Below, piece by piece: positions 46,521 to 49,555 of a stretch of DNA of 49,555 bases; position 1 is the first letter of the stretch; the number at the start of each line of letters is the position of its first letter. Origin of the DNA: Bdellovibrionales bacterium (GTDB lineage Bacteria; Bdellovibrionota; Bdellovibrionia; Bdellovibrionales; UBA1609). Location: positions 1 to 49,555 of the forward strand of contig JBFWVI010000023.1 in the NCBI GenBank assembly GCA_050246815.1, given 5' to 3'. Position numbers and translations under genes: made by a program. The notes beneath the pieces were generated by a model. That model worked only from the letters and a program-made list of their open reading frames with translations, had not been told where the DNA came from and did not search any database.

Positions 46521-46967
46521 TCAACGCTGCTTGGATTTTAAATTGGCAGCCAGCTCGCGCAGCGCAGCCATGACCGACTGCAGGTCGTCGCTTTTACGCA
46601 ATGTGCGATTTGAATCGTAGTTTCCACTGCTGAGGTCCTTGATGTAGCGCTCAATGACCATGGCCGGGCCAGAGATGCGATGAGTCATGTAAATCGCAAA
46701 CAGAAATGAAAAGACAGTGTTGGCGATAAACGTGATCAGCGTGAAAAGTGTAATGTCATAGAGCAGATGTGAAAAAGACTTCTCAAGTCCCGAGTCCGCC
46801 AAATTGGTTGAAACCACCTCTTGTACCATTTGATTCAGGCGTAGGCTGATCAAAGCAAATAAAACACCCATGACCGCCACGCCGCTGGCGGCAAAGTAGA
46901 GCGCATATTTGATCTGAAAATTCGCGTCGACCAGAAAGTTTTTGAACGAGCGCTGGTGTTTTGCCAT
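46521..46967 (-). CDS. Two-TM plus HAMP-like membrane protein with no output domain
   Basis: Two TMs, then THRISGP...LSSGNY...LRKSDDLQ (HAMP-like), then stop. Confidence 0.7.
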   Translation of the reverse strand: MAKHQRSFKNFLVDANFQIKYALYFAASGVAVMGVLFALISLRLNQMVQEVVSTNLADSGLEKSFSHLLYDITLFTLITFIANTVFSFLFAIYMTHRISGPAMVIERYIKDLSSGNYDSNRTLRKSDDLQSVMAALRELAANLKSKQR

Positions 46968-47037
46968 TGCGAAACCTTTTGTTAATTTCTTAACCTATGT
47001 TAGCGTCATTCTGCTTAAAAGCAAACGGGGGTAAAAG

Positions 47038-47592
47038 ATGAAATCATTAGGTCTAGGAATTCTGTTTTGGGCGACCACCGCATCGGCGGGCTCCTTTGAG
47101 GGACAAACTTCTTTCACCGCTGTGCCGATTCAGGGTGACTTGCATGTGGTCTGTCAGAACGGAACACAATACGAATCACGCTTTGTCACCTGTACGGACG
47201 TAATCTTGGATCCGTTTGACCACGGCTACTTTACTGCAGAAAAAGACACAGGTGCTGATGAAGTGGTTTTGACCAGCCAACGCACGGACGGCAAGACCGT
47301 TGAAAAGAAGATCGGTTACGACTCGACCAAAGGCCAGAGCACCCGACGAGTCAATTTATGGATCGAGACTTTGTTTCAAACCGCGCTGTTGGATGTGGGC
47401 ACCAATCCCGTCTCTTACGAACTTCGCCAAGACGGGCAAGTGAAGGCTTCGGGCCAATTCGACGCCACTGTGACCATGGCTGAACGTAAAACTTGCCCGC
47501 GGGGTTTTGAAAGCAGTTCGTCGATGGATGATTGCCGTTTCTTAGACTTTATGTGCACGCGCTATTTTCGAAGCTACAACTGGTGCATGTAG
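47038..47592 (+). CDS. Hypothetical secreted Cys-containing protein
   Basis: Signal peptide MKSLGLGILFWATTASA and six Cys. Confidence 0.7.
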   Translation: MKSLGLGILFWATTASAGSFEGQTSFTAVPIQGDLHVVCQNGTQYESRFVTCTDVILDPFDHGYFTAEKDTGADEVVLTSQRTDGKTVEKKIGYDSTKGQSTRRVNLWIETLFQTALLDVGTNPVSYELRQDGQVKASGQFDATVTMAERKTCPRGFESSSSMDDCRFLDFMCTRYFRSYNWCM

Positions 47593-47613
47593 GCGTCTCC
47601 TTTAAGGGGACGC
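47593..47613. terminator. Hairpin between convergent genes, possible terminator
   Basis: GCGTCTCC-TTTAA-GGGGACGC with one G-U pair; no U-tract. Confidence 0.4.
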
Positions 47614-47623
47614 GTTAGAGACT

Positions 47624-48940
47624 CTAGTTATTTTCAGGGGGGTCGCTGAGCTTGTCTTTGGCGACCTCTTTGATCTTGGCCTTGTCTAACAAATAGGCCA
47701 CGACACGCTCTTCCGTGATTTGGAAGAATAAGCGCGATTTGCGCTCTTGTTTGTCGTAGAACTCGGCCACTTTTTCGCGTTCGATGCCGGTTTGTTTGGC
47801 GTACTCGTCAATTTTGGCTTCCACATCCGCGGCCGTGGCGCGCAAGTTCAGCTTGTCCGCCAAAGTGTCGACCAGGAATGTCGACTGCACCATGAAGGCC
47901 GCCGATTGTTCGAAGTCTTTGTCCCACTTTTGTTTGTACTCCTCGAATTCTTGTTCGTTCATACCCTGTTCGCTCATGCGGCCTTTGACGTCATTGATGA
48001 TCATTTCTTTTTGCTGCTGCAGCAGGCCTTGGGGGGTCTGCACCGGGTTATTTTTCACCAGGGCCTTTAACACACGGTTTCGCAAATCATCGCGGATGCG
48101 TTTTTGTTCAGAGTCCTCGATGTCTTTGCGAATGGCGGCACGGAACTCATCCATGGTCTTATAAGAGCCCGAGCGTGCGGCCAATTCATCATTGAGCTCA
48201 GGCAGGGATTTTTTCTTAAGGGCGTTTAGCTTGATCTTGAATAAAACCGGCTTGCCAGCCACGGCGGCATGATAATCGGCTGGGAATTGCAAATTCAATT
48301 CGCGTTGCTCGCCAGGCTTCATGCCCACAAGACCGTCTTCAAAACCGGGGATGAAACGCGCGCTGCCCAGCTCAAGGGGGCGATTTTGTGCGCTGCCGTT
48401 TTCAAGCGGCGCACCATCGACAAAGCCTTCAAAATCGATTTCCGCGATGTCGCCAAGGATCGCGCCGCGGTCCTCCAGCACGGGCACCGCGCTGGCCTGG
48501 CTTTGACGGATGTTTTCAAGCACTTCGTCAACGCGTTTGTCTTCGATATTCAGAATTTCTTTTTCAACTTCCAGGTTTTCGAATTTTTTCAGCTCAATCT
48601 GTGGTCGCACTTCAAATTCAGCCGTGTAAACGAACGCACCATCTTCGATAAAGTCTTCAAAATGAATTTTGGGGTAGCCCACCGGCTCCAGTGAGTGTTC
48701 GGCAAGCGCCGATTGATACGAATCCGAAATCAAATCGTTCAACACGTCTTGGCGAACACGGTCGCTGTAAGCCGCACGAATGGTCGCCAAGGGTGCTTTG
48801 CCTTTTCGAAAGCCCTTAATCGTGGCGTTTTTTTGAATCCCTTTATACACTTTGTCGAATGCCGAGCTGACTTTATCAGCGGGGACTTCGATGTTGAGCT
48901 TGTGGACTAAACCGTCGAGTTTATTGACCGTGGACTTCAT
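47624..48940 (-). CDS. tig: Trigger factor
   Basis: Ribosome-binding motif IKGFRKGKAP; FKBP domain IDFEG...FIPGFEDGLVG...FPADYH. GAGGAG RBS. Confidence 0.97.
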   Translation of the reverse strand: MKSTVNKLDGLVHKLNIEVPADKVSSAFDKVYKGIQKNATIKGFRKGKAPLATIRAAYSDRVRQDVLNDLISDSYQSALAEHSLEPVGYPKIHFEDFIEDGAFVYTAEFEVRPQIELKKFENLEVEKEILNIEDKRVDEVLENIRQSQASAVPVLEDRGAILGDIAEIDFEGFVDGAPLENGSAQNRPLELGSARFIPGFEDGLVGMKPGEQRELNLQFPADYHAAVAGKPVLFKIKLNALKKKSLPELNDELAARSGSYKTMDEFRAAIRKDIEDSEQKRIRDDLRNRVLKALVKNNPVQTPQGLLQQQKEMIINDVKGRMSEQGMNEQEFEEYKQKWDKDFEQSAAFMVQSTFLVDTLADKLNLRATAADVEAKIDEYAKQTGIEREKVAEFYDKQERKSRLFFQITEERVVAYLLDKAKIKEVAKDKLSDPPENN

Positions 48941-49038
48941 TTGGGCTCCTCAAAAGAACGGATAGGGAGCCAAAACGTATAGGCAAGCGAGCAGGTAAAG
49001 GCAAGGCAAAAAACGCGTAGCGTCAACGAGGAACTTGG

Positions 49039-49555
49039 GTGCGTCGAGCAGAGCAGAAAATCATTTTTGTGACGGGCAAGGGTGGTGTTGGAAAAACCGC
49101 AGTGGCTGGGGCATTAGCTTTGGTTGAGGCCCGTCGCGGACGTAAAGTTTTGCTCGCTGAACTGGGCGAAAGAAGCTTTCTTCGTCACGTTTTTCCGTCG
49201 GCTGGGGGTTTAAAGCCAGCTGAGGCCACTTCGGGGTTAGATGTGGTGCGCTGGGAGGCCGAAAGCTGCCTGCGTGAATATTTGCTCCACTACCTCAAGG
49301 TGGAAAGCTTGGTGGAGCTATTTTTTGCCAATCGAGCGATGCGCTCTTTGATCAATGCCGCACCGGCCTTAAGAGAGCTGGCTCTTTTAGGTAAAATCAC
49401 CAGCGGGCCTCGCGGCGTTGGTCCCGATATGCCCTATGATGTGGTGGTGGTGGATTGTTTTGCCACTGGTCATTTTGAGGCGCTGTGCATGGCGCCGGTG
49501 GGGCTGGCCGAGGCTGTTCGTTTTGGTCCCATGGGTGAACACAGTCGGATGATCG
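49039..49555 (+). CDS. ArsA/Get3-family ATPase, partial (runs off the window)
   Basis: Not in the ORF track. From GTG at 49039: (M)RRAEQKIIFVTGKGGVGKTAVAGALALVEARRGRKVLLAELG...NAAPALRELALLGKI...YDVVVVDCFATGH. Confidence 0.85.
   Translation, partial: MRRAEQKIIFVTGKGGVGKTAVAGALALVEARRGRKVLLAELGERSFLRHVFPSAGGLKPAEATSGLDVVRWEAESCLREYLLHYLKVESLVELFFANRAMRSLINAAPALRELALLGKITSGPRGVGPDMPYDVVVVDCFATGHFEALCMAPVGLAEAVRFGPMGEHSRMI

Overview
Gene-dense chromosomal window of about 50 kb. Gene content and order suggest a predatory Bdellovibrionota (Bdellovibrio-like) genome; this is inference. Core genes: partial rlmD-like methyltransferase, ndk, mdh-sucC-sucD, uppP, a cystathionine gamma-synthase/lyase, tRNA-Phe(GAA), a dusB-like gene, mtgA, flbD-motA-motB, a cyclophilin, glnE, tolQRAB, an Rrf2-sufBCDS-nfu operon, ftsEX-envC-S41 protease, tig and a partial ArsA/Get3-like ATPase. 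I saw no CRISPR array, rRNA, transposase or integrase. The most interesting signals are four. (1) An Mla/MCE operon has two ATPases whose motif defects complement each other exactly, as in an asymmetric heterodimer with one dead and one live ATP site; it also has two permeases and a trailing beta-barrel-like gene. (2) A 23-aa Lys/Ala histone-H1-like micro-gene, missing from the ORF track, has its own promoter, RBS and terminator. (3) A lipoprotein zinc metalloprotease gene sits behind a sigma28-like, apparently leaderless promoter. (4) Several proteins look like pseudo-enzymes or oddly exported enzymes: a fully degenerate ABC ATPase, a dead GDPD-like protein ahead of tolQ, and a GNAT domain with a signal peptide. 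All calls come from reading motifs by eye; no database searches were run.
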